This document shows, piece by piece, positions 1-10,700 of a stretch of 64,000 nucleotides of DNA. Source of the DNA: Candidatus Bathyarchaeota archaeon. GTDB lineage: Archaea; Thermoproteota; Bathyarchaeia; Bathyarchaeales; Bathycorpusculaceae. The position numbers were made by a program, and so were the translations under genes. Under the pieces are notes generated by a model, which saw only the letters and a list, made by a program, of their open reading frames with translations, was not told the origin of the DNA and did no database searches. The stretch's first letter is position 1. Every line of letters begins with the position of its first letter. The stretch covers positions 1,056,001 through 1,120,000 of the forward strand of contig CAWGYA010000008.1 in the NCBI GenBank assembly GCA_963826715.1, in the 5' to 3' direction.

Positions 1-59
1 TCAACAGGTTTTCCCGCTGAGTAATCCATACAGATTTTTTTTTCATTAATGTCATCCAT
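1..59 (-). CDS. Cysteine desulfurase (IscS/NifS-like), 5' end only
   Basis: Manual translation MDDINEKKICMDYSAGKPV resembles the IscS N-terminal 'YLDYxATxPVD' motif; lies directly downstream of a TusA gene; runs off the window. Confidence 0.6.
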   Translation of the reverse strand, partial: MDDINEKKICMDYSAGKPV

Positions 60-80
60 GTTACGGTCCTCCTTGTTTGA

Positions 81-380
81 TTATTTCAGTTTCTTAACTA
101 TTATCTTGGTTACGCCGTCTTCTTGTTTGCTTTCTAGTACTTGGTGACCTAAATTTTTAGCAAGGTTTTCAATGTCTGCTTTAGCTGCTGGGTCATCGGC
201 AATGATTTCAAGAGTTTCTCCGACTTTCATTTCATCCAATTGTAATCTAGTGTTGAAAACTGGTTCTGGACAGAATAACCCCAAACAATCTAGAGATTTA
301 TCGGCTTTTATAAGAATACCCTCAAATAAACTGAGACGTGGTAACAATAAAAGTTTTCCTAAATCATTGAACACATTCAT
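81..380 (-). CDS. tusA: TusA/SirA family sulfur carrier protein
   Basis: LDCLGLFCPEP motif and IIADDPAAKADI; true start probably near 311. Confidence 0.9.
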   Translation of the reverse strand: MNVFNDLGKLLLLPRLSLFEGILIKADKSLDCLGLFCPEPVFNTRLQLDEMKVGETLEIIADDPAAKADIENLAKNLGHQVLESKQEDGVTKIIVKKLK

Positions 381-519
381 TAAGAATTTGACTGCTCAAA
401 CTTTTATGGCTCAGTTCAGATTTGGAATTTATAAATTTTCGTATCAATGATTTTGAGTGTCGTTGTTAAGTTTGCAAACAAACAAAAATAGGATTAAGGC
501 AAAAAAGCCTGTTACTTTA

Positions 520-1455
520 TTAAATCAATACGCCGATTTTTGTGGCTAACACCTCGTACCCCGCCGTCTTGAAGGCGGATACAACTTTGTCTTGAAGTTC
601 CTTGCCAGGAGTCAACGCAACCATGCAGCCTCCGCCTCCGCCCCCTGTTAATTTTGCGCCAAATGCACCTTGATTTCGTGCAATGTCGACGAGAAGGTTA
701 AGTTCTTTGCTGGAGACTCCTATTTCTTGTAGAATCCTGTGATTTTCATTCATAAGGTCGCCCACTTTCTTTAGGTCGCCTGATTGAAGGGCCGCACGCC
801 CCGCAATAGCCAAAGATTCTGCTTGCTTGAAGAGGGGGTCGTATTTGGATGAATTGGATTTCTTGCGTTCCGCGACGCCTTCCACCATGGCTTTGGTATT
901 GGCGACTTTGCCTGTGCTTCCGATAACGATTTCAATTGGACGCTTTACCTTGATTTTTTCGACAAGGTCCTGTCCTCCTGCGGGGTTTTTCTTGAACCAC
1001 ATAAAGCCTCCGTAAGTCGCTGCGGTGTTGTCAATGCCAGAGGGATTGCCAGCGTAAGCTTTCTCGCCTTCGTATGCGACAGCATTTATTTTCTCGTTAG
1101 ATAAGTTGAGACCACGCTCTTGACTAATGGCACGCGCAATGGCGACACTGCTTGCCGCCGAAGCCCCTAAACCACTGAAACCTGGAAGTGTCCCGCCTAT
1201 CCAGATGTCAAAAGGCGTCTTGGGATCTAAATCCATAGCTTTGAGCATGCGTTCAATAGATTCGACTTGTTGTAGTTGTTTCTCTTCACTGTAGCCTTTG
1301 GCGGTTTTTCGTTCATCTCTTATGTTGAATTTATTAGATTTTTGGACTTCGGCATCTGTTGAGGCGTCGATTGCTGATACGACACCGGGAATGCCGTGGA
1401 CAACGAAGTGTTCGCCGAATAGAATGACTTTTCCGTAACCTGAACCTCTACCCAT
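520..1455 (-). CDS. mvk: Mevalonate kinase
   Basis: GKVILFGEHFVVHG, GLGASAA, PSGID and GAKLTGGGGGG GHMP motifs. Confidence 0.93.
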   Translation of the reverse strand: MGRGSGYGKVILFGEHFVVHGIPGVVSAIDASTDAEVQKSNKFNIRDERKTAKGYSEEKQLQQVESIERMLKAMDLDPKTPFDIWIGGTLPGFSGLGASAASSVAIARAISQERGLNLSNEKINAVAYEGEKAYAGNPSGIDNTAATYGGFMWFKKNPAGGQDLVEKIKVKRPIEIVIGSTGKVANTKAMVEGVAERKKSNSSKYDPLFKQAESLAIAGRAALQSGDLKKVGDLMNENHRILQEIGVSSKELNLLVDIARNQGAFGAKLTGGGGGGCMVALTPGKELQDKVVSAFKTAGYEVLATKIGVLI

Positions 1456-1683
1456 ACATGTTACACCTTAAATAGAGCTATTTATCTTCCCCAGATAAAA
1501 AACATTCTTTCGGCTCAAACCTTATGGTTCAGCTAAAATTGTTTTTTTGCCATCCCAAAACTTGTTTATATTCTTCAGGATTTCTAAAATTAGACCTTTT
1601 TAATTTTTGGGAACAATAAAATAGCTTTAGTAATGGCTAAATACTGCAAAGCCTAATTCCGTTGATATTTAGCTGGGAAAGCA

Positions 1684-3021
1684 ATGAAAGATGTACCCGA
1701 ACTAGTCTCCGAGTTAATCGATGCATCAAAGAAGCATGAACAATACCGTGACAAAGAATGCATTAACATGATAGCTAGTGAGGGCATAAAGTCACCCGCA
1801 GTCAGCCAAATGCTCGATATGAGTCACGATCTCGCAACGCGATATGCAGAAGGCGACAATGACATAGAAGGGCACGTCAAAAAGCGTTACTATCAAGGGC
1901 AAAAATACATGAGTCAAATCGAGGACTTTGCCACAGACGCAATTAAAAGCCTTTTTAATACAAAATGGGCTGATGTTCGCTTAATATCAGGTACACACGC
2001 TAACACAGCAACATTCAAGGGGTTATCTTTAGCCTCAAAGAATAACAAGATGGTTGTTACACCACTAAGCTGTGGTGCTCACATAAGCCACGATTATACT
2101 GGCTTAGCAGGCAGTATACTTGGCATAGATAACATTAATCACGTTTACGATATAGACGAATTTAACATAGACCCTGAAAAATCAGCCTATGTTATCCGCG
2201 CCGCCAAACCAGGTATAGTCACCTTTGGCGGCAGTTTGTTCCTTTTTCCACACCCAATCAAAGAGCTAAAAACGGTTTGCGATGAAGTTGGTGCTTATGT
2301 CGCCTATGATGCAGCCCATGTGCTCGGCTTGATTGCCGGTGGGCAATTTCAAGACCCTCTTCGGGAAGGTGCCGACTTCATCACTGCATCCACCCACAAG
2401 ACCTTTCCAGGTCCTCAAGGTGGTGTTATCATGGGCACTCCTGACACTCCTGCCAAAGAAAAGGCAGTCCGAAAAATCCAGTATGCCGTTTTCCCACTGA
2501 GTGCTTCAAGTACCCATCTGGGTAGATTGCCTGCATTAGGAATAGCCTGTTTAGAGATGAAAGTATTTGGCTCAGAACTAGCAACCCAAATCGTCAAGAA
2601 CGCCCAGATTGCAGGACAATATCTCTATGAGAACGGTGTCAAGGTACTTGCGGAAAAGAAAGGATTTACACGAAGTCACCAAATTGCCCTTGATGTAAGA
2701 GAGTTTGGTGGTGGCAATAAAATCGCTCAGGACCTCGAAGATGCCAATATTATTCTTAATAAGAACCTATTACCCTACGATGACCAAGCCAGCAAAGAAA
2801 ACCCTTCAGGGCTCCGTGTCGGATTCCAAGACATTTCAAGACGAGGTTTCAGAGAGGGTGATATTAAGCACCTCTGCGACTTGATGCTGGATATAATTAA
2901 GGCTAAACGCACGCCTGCTGAAGTTAAAGTAGATGTGTTAGAGCTTAAGAAAGAGTTTGCTGGCGTCAAATACTGTTTCCAATCAGTTGAAGAAGCCCTA
3001 AAATATACTAAGAGTTTATAA
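1684..3021 (+). CDS. glyA: Serine hydroxymethyltransferase (archaeal type)
   Basis: INMIASE, YAEG, DAAHVLGLIAGG and STHKTFPGPQGG PLP-lysine motif. Confidence 0.95.
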   Translation: MKDVPELVSELIDASKKHEQYRDKECINMIASEGIKSPAVSQMLDMSHDLATRYAEGDNDIEGHVKKRYYQGQKYMSQIEDFATDAIKSLFNTKWADVRLISGTHANTATFKGLSLASKNNKMVVTPLSCGAHISHDYTGLAGSILGIDNINHVYDIDEFNIDPEKSAYVIRAAKPGIVTFGGSLFLFPHPIKELKTVCDEVGAYVAYDAAHVLGLIAGGQFQDPLREGADFITASTHKTFPGPQGGVIMGTPDTPAKEKAVRKIQYAVFPLSASSTHLGRLPALGIACLEMKVFGSELATQIVKNAQIAGQYLYENGVKVLAEKKGFTRSHQIALDVREFGGGNKIAQDLEDANIILNKNLLPYDDQASKENPSGLRVGFQDISRRGFREGDIKHLCDLMLDIIKAKRTPAEVKVDVLELKKEFAGVKYCFQSVEEALKYTKSL

Positions 3022-3084
3022 TCCAATTATTATGGGATTTTTCTTTTTATTTTAAATAACCTTAATTAAGTAATTGCTTGATTT

Positions 3085-3381
3085 TTGATTAGAAACGTAA
3101 TGTCTTTGCCTTTAGACCCTTTAACAGTTCTGTTCTTCGCTGTTGCAATAGGTTTTGTAGTAATCTTTATCCTACTCCCAAGGGTCGGTCCACATTATAC
3201 TTCCAAGTTGACTTGTCCTAATTGCAGGAAAACCTTCAACTTCCATTGGATACCCGGGGCAACTATATCTTCTTTGATTCAACGCAATTACCGTACCCTG
3301 AAGTGCCCCTATTGTCACCGCAAATCAACTTTTGACGTAGCTGCTACGAGAGTTCGTACTCCTAGAAAACCTAAACCTTAA
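3085..3381 (+). CDS. Small membrane-anchored zinc-ribbon protein
   Basis: N-terminal hydrophobic helix, CPNC and CPYC pairs; start may be ATG 3100. Confidence 0.7.
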   Translation: MIRNVMSLPLDPLTVLFFAVAIGFVVIFILLPRVGPHYTSKLTCPNCRKTFNFHWIPGATISSLIQRNYRTLKCPYCHRKSTFDVAATRVRTPRKPKP

Positions 3382-3462
3382 GTGGAAGCATAGCTGACAA
3401 GCATTTTCTGGAGAGAACTTTATAATCTACTTGCTTTAACTAAAGTTCAAGGTGAAATTTGC

Positions 3463-4647
3463 ATGAAGGTATTGTTAAACGATGGTTTAGAGAAAGAAGG
3501 CTTAAGCATCTTCCAACAAGCAGGCATAGAAACAGATACAAAGAAACGTGATCCTGTCACATTAGTCTCAGAAATCGGTCAGTTTGATGCACTTGTAGTC
3601 CGAAGTGCTACCAAAGTAACCCGTGAAGTCATTGAAGCAGGTGCGAAAGGAAAACTCAAAATCATCGGACGCGCAGGCGTAGGATACGACAACATTGACG
3701 CTGCCGTAGCATCAGAAAAAGGCATTGTGGTAAAGATTGCCCCTTACGGTAGTACTAACGCGGTTGCAGAATTAGCAATTGCCCTGATGCTATCCATTTC
3801 ACGCAATACCCCCCAAGCGCACAACTCGTTGAAAAACGGCGTTTGGATAAAAAAGAAACTTCAAGGTAGGGAAATCGCCTACAAAACACTTGGGCTCTTA
3901 GGTTGTGGAAGAATAGGTCAGAAAGTAGCCCAAATTGCAAAACGTGGCTTTGATATGGACGTAATTGGTCACGATATTAAACCCTGCTTTGAAAGTGGCA
4001 TAAAATTTACAACTAAAGAAGAAGTGCTCCAGAAGGCTGACTACATTAGTATTCACACTGGTGGTAGAGATATCATCGTAGGTGCCAAAGAACTTGCGAT
4101 GATGAAACCCAGTGCCTACATAATCAACACTTCGCGCGGCAATAACATTGACCAGCAAGCTCTCTATAATGCACTTAAAGACGGCACAATTGCGGGTTAT
4201 GCTACGGACGTTTACAAAGAGGAACCTAAGGTCGAAGGTGACCCATTCATAGACAGACTCAAAGAACTTGATAACGTAGTACTCAGTAGCCACCTTGGTG
4301 CATCAACGGTTGAAGCGCAACGTGAAACTGCAACTGAAATGGCTCGCGTCCTAATAGGATATCTTTTTGGCGGTGATTTTATCAACGCAGTTAATGCAGG
4401 GGAATCAATCGAAGTGGAAGAAAAGCCTGTTCACACTCTCTTTATCCATCACAAAGACGTTCCCGGTGTCTTCGCAAATATCGATAAAGTTCTAGCTGAT
4501 AATGAGATCAACATCCGCGCTAACTACTCTCGCCAAATCGGCATCAGCGGCTATGCCATCTCGGTTTATGTGTTGCATAAGAAAGTTGAGACAAGTGTAA
4601 TTGACGTGTTGAACAAGATAGATAACGTTTGTGACGTTAAAACCTAA
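3463..4647 (+). CDS. serA: D-3-phosphoglycerate dehydrogenase with C-terminal ACT domain
   Basis: [35 protein letters not shown]; HKDVPGV ACT domain. Confidence 0.88.
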   Translation: MKVLLNDGLEKEGLSIFQQAGIETDTKKRDPVTLVSEIGQFDALVVRSATKVTREVIEAGAKGKLKIIGRAGVGYDNIDAAVASEKGIVVKIAPYGSTNAVAELAIALMLSISRNTPQAHNSLKNGVWIKKKLQGREIAYKTLGLLGCGRIGQKVAQIAKRGFDMDVIGHDIKPCFESGIKFTTKEEVLQKADYISIHTGGRDIIVGAKELAMMKPSAYIINTSRGNNIDQQALYNALKDGTIAGYATDVYKEEPKVEGDPFIDRLKELDNVVLSSHLGASTVEAQRETATEMARVLIGYLFGGDFINAVNAGESIEVEEKPVHTLFIHHKDVPGVFANIDKVLADNEINIRANYSRQIGISGYAISVYVLHKKVETSVIDVLNKIDNVCDVKT

Positions 4648-4700
4648 TTCTTCATTTTTGTTTTTTATGGTATCAATAAAATACTTTTAGACGGTTTGCT

Positions 4701-4919
4701 TTAGTTCTTTTCCCTGAGCTCTTTTTGTTGGCGCAAAATTTGAGTGGCGAGCGTCGTTAGAATTATTATTAAAAAGGATATTATGCCGATACTTATCTTA
4801 TAGGTGAAATCTATAGGCGCATAGAATATTGCGAGCATAGTCACCATCATCAATGCTAGTACAAGAACTTCTTGAACTCCTCCTATTTTGAGACCGCCAA
4901 AACTCATGTATTTCACCAA
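4701..4919 (-). CDS. Small two-TM membrane protein
   Basis: Two hydrophobic segments and a basic tail. Confidence 0.65.
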   Translation of the reverse strand: MVKYMSFGGLKIGGVQEVLVLALMMVTMLAIFYAPIDFTYKISIGIISFLIIILTTLATQILRQQKELREKN

Positions 4920-5056
4920 TCAAGAGTTTCTGGTAAAGGTGAAATATTAATTTTATGCGTTACACCCATCAAATTTGGTGTTCATCAGTACTTCCAGTGG
5001 TGATTTAATCAAAATGTAAAAATAGAATGGTAAAGATGGAAAAAGGTTGGTGGTTG

Positions 5057-5509
5057 TTAAAGGTCTTCTGTAGAGATTTCTTTCACACGACTCTCGATGA
5101 ATTCGGCGACTTTCTGTTCACTGAACTTGCGATCGTTCTCTTGTGCATATAGCTGCTGCTTGACGATATCTAACAGTTTCTCTACATCAACAGGTTTTAG
5201 AAGATAAGCGTCCGCGTTCTTGTTTACTGCTGCAATGGCATTCTGCATCGACGGATAACCGGTGACCATGATTTTGCGGGTTCGAGGAACGCCGTCTTTA
5301 ATTCTTTTAAGCAGTTCTATCCCTTCCATATCGGGTAGTCGAATGTCTAAGAGCGCTATATTGTATGAAGTTTCCTGTGTTTTCTCAATGGCCTCTTTAC
5401 CACTGGCTGCCAAATCAACAATATAGCCTTCGTCCTGTAGGATAGCTTTCATTGTGGTTCTTATGGTTTCATCGTCGTCGACAACGAGGATTCTGGGATT
5501 TTTATCCAT
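5057..5509 (-). CDS. Stand-alone response regulator receiver protein
   Basis: ILVVDDD, LLDIRLPDMEG, VTGY, YLLKP; no output domain. Confidence 0.92.
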   Translation of the reverse strand: MDKNPRILVVDDDETIRTTMKAILQDEGYIVDLAASGKEAIEKTQETSYNIALLDIRLPDMEGIELLKRIKDGVPRTRKIMVTGYPSMQNAIAAVNKNADAYLLKPVDVEKLLDIVKQQLYAQENDRKFSEQKVAEFIESRVKEISTEDL

Positions 5510-8500
5510 ACTTTTTCACCTCCTATTTCAAATTTAGGTTTAAAGGGTAGAGTTACTGTGAAGGTTGTCCCATAGTTTTTGATTGTGCTAACAGTTATTG
5601 TGCCCCCGTGTGCCTCAATAATGCGTTTACATATTGCTAGTCCGAAACCCATACCCTGTGCTTTTGTAGTGTAAAGTGGGGCGAAAAGTTTTGGTAAAAC
5701 CTCATCGCTGATGCCGCTTCCTGTGTCATGGAATGAAATCTCCATACTGCCTTTGACTTCTAGGCTATCAACCGTAAGATTACCTCCACTAGGCATAACT
5801 TCAATTGCGTTCTTTACCAAGTTTATGAAAACCCTCTTTATTTTATCGGGGTCAACATTTAAGAGAGGGGTTTCTGGAAGTTTGTTTTTGATTTTGACTT
5901 TTTTGGGTATAATGATGAATTTTAATGCTTCAGATAACAGGTTCTTCGGTGAATCCTCAACAAGTTCTAAATGGATTTCCCGGGAGTAGTCGAGAAGGTC
6001 ACTGACAATCTTGTTTGAGTAATCCACGCATTTATCGATGATTTCAAGCATCTCCTGCGTCTGCTTAAGGGGCAACTTTGTTCCCTTCTTTTTTAGGAAA
6101 TACGCAGAATTCTTGATTCCTGTGAGCGGATTGCGAAGATCATGCCCAACCATGCCTGCTAATTCGCCAATTGCTGCCAATCGTTCTGATTTAACGAGTT
6201 CTGCCTGTGTCTTTTTCAACTGCTCTGTTCGCTTTTGAACTAGCTCTTCAAGCTTCTGAGAATACTCAGCTAACTTATTTTGCAAATGTTTTCTTTCGGT
6301 GATGTCAATTGCAATCTCTAATGCTGCGATAATGCTTCCGTCTTTATCTTTGATAGGGGTAGTTATGAGTTCTGACCAGACATCTCTCTCACTGGTTTTT
6401 ATTTTGTAATCTCTTCGAACAATGTTCTTGCCTTCTTCAAAGACTTTTTTGACTCCGCATCCTTCGCAGACCCCTTTGGAACCGTTTCCTAGAGTTTCAT
6501 AGCAAGCTCTGTTTTCTATTTTGTTGCAATGAACTACTTGTTTTGCCGTCTCGTTTGCCCAAATAACTTTGTAGTCATGGTTGATAATGGCTAAAACGAT
6601 GTTAGTGCTTGTAGCAACACTTTCAAGCAGGTCACGTTCTTGCCTTAGGGCTTCCTCTAACGCTTTTGATTCAGTTATATCCCTAACAATCAATAGTAAA
6701 CAGTTTTTGTCTTTTAACCTCACAGTTATCACTGAAAGGTCAATAGGAAAAGCACTACCATTTTTTCTGAGCGCGGAAATTCCTAATTCTCTCTTTGAAG
6801 TTGGTTTATTATTTAATTCTTTACGTGTCTGAATGTATTTGTTTTGCGCTTTGAGTGGAATAATCAGCTCGGTAATTTTTTTACCAAGAACTTCTTCAGC
6901 TAAAAACCCAAAGATTTTTTCTGCCCCAGGGTTCCAATAAATCACTTTGTCATCCATATCGCTTAGAACTATGGCATCCATAGCTGAAGTGCTGATGGCG
7001 CGGAACCGTTCCTCGCTTTCCGCTAATGCTTGTTCTGCTCGCTTACGCTCAGTTATATCGGATATGACTGCTAACATGCCTATTTTCTGCTTTTGATCGT
7101 CAGTAATCGTTGAGAGCGCGATAATTGCATCTACTCTCTGACCATCTTTTTTTGAGAACTTGAACTCAAACTGCCCTGTCCCACCCGAGGCTTTGTATTC
7201 CTCCAAGATAGCCTTATTTTTTTCTCTCTCTTCAGCATTGAAGAAATCAATAATCTGTTTGCCACGCATTTCACTTCCAGTGTAGCCCAGCATCTGCGTC
7301 ATACGTGGGTTAACAAAAACAACTTTGAAGTCGTTGTTTATTGCCCAGATACCCTCATGTGCAAGCTCAACTAATTGACGATAGCGGGATTCGCTTGCTA
7401 TAAGCGCGTTTTGAACTTTTTTAATTTCGGTAATATCGTGAAATATAACATACAGATATTTCTTTCCTGCAGTTTGGAAAGTTCGAGTCGTCACTATGAC
7501 GTTTCTTATTTCGCCATTTTTTGTTCTATGCTGGGTTTGAAATTCTTCTCCGCCACTCTCAATCATCTGTTTTGTATGCGCTTTTATTTCCTCGAGTGAC
7601 TTTTTAGCTTCTATCTCGTAGATCGGAATTTTCTCAAATTCCTCTCGTGTATAACCTAACTGTTGATGAGCACAGTCATTAAATTCAATGCATTCGTTTG
7701 TCTCCGGGTCGATGACCAAAACGCCCAATGGCGCCTGATTAAACAGTGCATGATAACGTTGTTCTGCATCTCTTAGTTTCTGGTCTGCTATTTTTCGTTC
7801 AGTGATATCTTTTACTATGCCAACAGCCTTCCAGCTTCCGTTTGCGTTCAGAGAAGAAACTGATAATTCAGCGGGGAATTCACTTCCATCCTTGCGACGC
7901 CCAACTAATTCAACTTTTCCAACAGTGAAGTACCCCATGCCGGTTTCGCTGAAGATTTTCATGCTTTCCTCTATGCGCACTCTTCCTTCTCTACACATAG
8001 ATTGAGGAACAACTAGATCATGAATTTTTCTACCGATGACTTCTTTCTTTGTGTAGCCGAAGGTTTTTTCAGCGGCAGGATTCCAATAAGTAACTTTTGC
8101 ATGCTCATCGATAAGAATTAAGGCATCTTTAATAGAATTGGTGATCCCTCTGAATTTCTCCTCGGCGCTCTGTAACTCATCATACATTCTATTGATACTT
8201 GTCACATCGTGGCAAGTTGCCAGAATAACCTCTCTTCCTGATAACTCAATCTTACACTGATTAACTACAACTAGTCGAATTTCGTTGTTTTTAGTCCGAT
8301 GTTTCGTAAGAAATTCGTTTTTTCCCACTTTAAGAACACTGCCGAGTTGCTCCAGAATTTCTTGCGGCTTTACAAGTGCTTCGAAATCCCACATATGAAG
8401 CTTGCTAAACTCTTCTCGAGAATAGCCTAATTGACGATGCGATACATCATTAAATTCAAGAACCGCGGCATTGTCTGGGTCTACAACAAGAACACCTACA

Positions 8501-9705
8501 GGTGTTTGCTCAAAAAGTGCTCGGTGGAGTTTTTCCGCTTCTTTAATTTTGATTTCCATCTGTTTTCGATGAGTAACTGGCACAGTTATTTCCAGGGCAG
8601 CGGCAACTTCGCCATTTTTATCTAAAATTGGTGTGGTGGTTACCTGCAACACAAAACTTTTGCCATCTTTTGCGATCCCTTCAGCTTCTTTGATATCACA
8701 CACTGCACCATCAAAGATTTTTTTGACTCCACAATCTAAGCAGATCGCCATTTGGTTATGTAACTTTCTATAACATGTTTTGTTTTCGATATCGCTGCCG
8801 AAGATTTCTTTCAGTTGTTTGTTAGACCAGAGAATTTGATAGTTTCTGGTGATAATTGTGAGGCCGACACCTGTGTTTTTAGTTACTGCTTCAAGCAAAT
8901 CATGTTGCTGTTTAAGAGTATACTCGTAGTTTTTGCGTTCACTTATGTCGCGGACGGCTGCAACTATTAATTCTTCGTTTCCAACATTGATTTTCGAGAG
9001 CGTAACTTCAGAAGGAAATTCAAAGTTACCCTTTCTTAATCCAGGAAACTCTATTGCTTTTTTAATGACTCCTTGCTCTTTGATGAATTTTTCTCTAACT
9101 TTAGTAAGCAAGTCAAAGGCTTGTGGTGGTACGATGGTCTCTTTTAGGGTTTTGCCCATTATTTCATCTTGTCTATAGCCGTAGATTCTTTGAGCGGCTG
9201 CGTTCCAGTACCGAATTTTTTCTTGCTCATCAAATAAAACAACGGCATCAAAGATACTGTCGCTGATGGTTCTGAATTTTAATTCGGTGTTACTTAGATT
9301 GTATTGAAGTTCTTTTTGCTTCCTAGACCTCTTGGTGACATCGCGGAAAACAATGAAATCAAGTACTTGACCGCAATGTTTAACCCGTTTTGCATTAACT
9401 TCAAGAAGGATTGTCTCGTTCTGTTTATTTTTAAGTGAGATTTCATATGGTTCAATTTCTACGCCATCAAGTCTTTTTTTCATTTTTTCTTTGATAAGTA
9501 GTGTTTGTATTTCATCAAAAAAGTGTTGGTCAAAGAAACTTTTTCCAAGAAGGTCCTCAACAGGTATTCCTGTATATTTTTCTGTAATTAAGTTTGCAAA
9601 CAGAACCTGGCCTGCAGAATTAATCATTACCGCAGGATCAGCTATGAACTCAATTATTTCGTTGATGAGGGCGCTATGTTTCTTGTTCAGGTTTTTCTCC
9701 GTCAT
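5461..9705 (-). CDS. Cytoplasmic multi-PAS sensor histidine kinase
   Basis: About nine PAS/PAC repeats ending in (R/K/H/S)D(I/V)T-like motifs; H-box GHDLRNPL, NLVKNA, DTGSG, GMGFGL; no TM helix. Confidence 0.93.
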   Translation of the reverse strand: MTEKNLNKKHSALINEIIEFIADPAVMINSAGQVLFANLITEKYTGIPVEDLLGKSFFDQHFFDEIQTLLIKEKMKKRLDGVEIEPYEISLKNKQNETILLEVNAKRVKHCGQVLDFIVFRDVTKRSRKQKELQYNLSNTELKFRTISDSIFDAVVLFDEQEKIRYWNAAAQRIYGYRQDEIMGKTLKETIVPPQAFDLLTKVREKFIKEQGVIKKAIEFPGLRKGNFEFPSEVTLSKINVGNEELIVAAVRDISERKNYEYTLKQQHDLLEAVTKNTGVGLTIITRNYQILWSNKQLKEIFGSDIENKTCYRKLHNQMAICLDCGVKKIFDGAVCDIKEAEGIAKDGKSFVLQVTTTPILDKNGEVAAALEITVPVTHRKQMEIKIKEAEKLHRALFEQTPVGVLVVDPDNAAVLEFNDVSHRQLGYSREEFSKLHMWDFEALVKPQEILEQLGSVLKVGKNEFLTKHRTKNNEIRLVVVNQCKIELSGREVILATCHDVTSINRMYDELQSAEEKFRGITNSIKDALILIDEHAKVTYWNPAAEKTFGYTKKEVIGRKIHDLVVPQSMCREGRVRIEESMKIFSETGMGYFTVGKVELVGRRKDGSEFPAELSVSSLNANGSWKAVGIVKDITERKIADQKLRDAEQRYHALFNQAPLGVLVIDPETNECIEFNDCAHQQLGYTREEFEKIPIYEIEAKKSLEEIKAHTKQMIESGGEEFQTQHRTKNGEIRNVIVTTRTFQTAGKKYLYVIFHDITEIKKVQNALIASESRYRQLVELAHEGIWAINNDFKVVFVNPRMTQMLGYTGSEMRGKQIIDFFNAEEREKNKAILEEYKASGGTGQFEFKFSKKDGQRVDAIIALSTITDDQKQKIGMLAVISDITERKRAEQALAESEERFRAISTSAMDAIVLSDMDDKVIYWNPGAEKIFGFLAEEVLGKKITELIIPLKAQNKYIQTRKELNNKPTSKRELGISALRKNGSAFPIDLSVITVRLKDKNCLLLIVRDITESKALEEALRQERDLLESVATSTNIVLAIINHDYKVIWANETAKQVVHCNKIENRACYETLGNGSKGVCEGCGVKKVFEEGKNIVRRDYKIKTSERDVWSELITTPIKDKDGSIIAALEIAIDITERKHLQNKLAEYSQKLEELVQKRTEQLKKTQAELVKSERLAAIGELAGMVGHDLRNPLTGIKNSAYFLKKKGTKLPLKQTQEMLEIIDKCVDYSNKIVSDLLDYSREIHLELVEDSPKNLLSEALKFIIIPKKVKIKNKLPETPLLNVDPDKIKRVFINLVKNAIEVMPSGGNLTVDSLEVKGSMEISFHDTGSGISDEVLPKLFAPLYTTKAQGMGFGLAICKRIIEAHGGTITVSTIKNYGTTFTVTLPFKPKFEIGGEKVWIKIPESSLSTTMKP

Positions 9706-10126
9706 CCATTAACGCCTCCAAGTTCATTGTTTTAGTCTCGTTTTCTACACTGCTTCTTGCCAGTTTGACATATTTTTCAAAGGTTATGTCTGGAACAAGC
9801 CATTTTGGTCCAACCCACTTGTAACTGCGTTTTACTCGTTGGTTTAGGCACTTTATTATTAAAAGTTCAACTTGTCTCGCTGCTTGACCAAAAATTCTGT
9901 CTAGGGCATCAGAGAAATCGTCTATGCGGTCGGGTATGTCCTGTTTTGAAAGGGTAAATTTGGTTTCAAGATGAAAATAAAGCGATAACTGTACATTTGC
10001 CCCTAAGCTTGCGAAGGCATCATCTATGGAGTCTAGCAATATCCCTGTGAACTTTTGGTCAGCTTTCGTTTTAGCCAAATATTTCATCTCAAACTTTGCC
10101 ATAGCGTTTTTTTTCTTACTTTTCAC
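9674..10126 (-). CDS. Conserved hypothetical protein coupled to the sensor kinase
   Basis: 150-aa helical ORF overlapping the kinase start; resembles small archaeal proteins that precede PAS kinases. Confidence 0.7.
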   Translation of the reverse strand: MKSKKKNAMAKFEMKYLAKTKADQKFTGILLDSIDDAFASLGANVQLSLYFHLETKFTLSKQDIPDRIDDFSDALDRIFGQAARQVELLIIKCLNQRVKRSYKWVGPKWLVPDITFEKYVKLARSSVENETKTMNLEALMDDGEKPEQET

Positions 10127-10427
10127 TACGGTTAAGGTGCTGAAATGAAAGTAAAGCCTTATGAATCATTAATCATGCTTTTCAATCAACTACTGTATGG
10201 CTAAGGTGTTTCCATGGAAAAAGTAAATGGGACAAGTAAGTTAATTTAATAATGTAAGACACTCTTTTAGTCATTTACTTATTCTTGGTTCTCTGTCGTT
10301 TTTTCCTATATACTCAGGTGCGATAGTATAAGCTTTTAATAGCTCGAAGCTGGAAACATCTCCCGCAAAATTCCATTTTTTTCTTTCAAAATAATTTCAC
10401 CCAACAATAATTGTTGAATACAGAAAA

Positions 10428-10700
10428 CTAAATTCTGACATCGGACTCTGCCCAGAGTGGATAGTGGTCAGAAATGCGATACGACAGTTGATTTTTGTGA
10501 GGTTTATGGATGATATAGTGTAAGGTACGAAGTCAAAAATGCCACCCGTAATGTACTTCAAGGTAAGGTAGGAATTCTTTTTTCTGAGTAAACCAAGCGA
10601 TTTGATCGTAAAAATGGTTCAGGTCTGGCTTGAGAGGAAGCAGTTAGCACATTCATTCTTTGTACTCTGCATGTTAAATATGGTCGGACCGCAGGAATGC
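10428..10700 (-). pseudogene. Endonuclease/exonuclease/phosphatase (EEP) family C-terminal remnant
   Basis: Across frameshifts reads FYDQIAWF...GGIFDFVPY...NQLSYRISDHYPLWAE; SDHxP is the EEP C-terminal motif. Confidence 0.75.
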
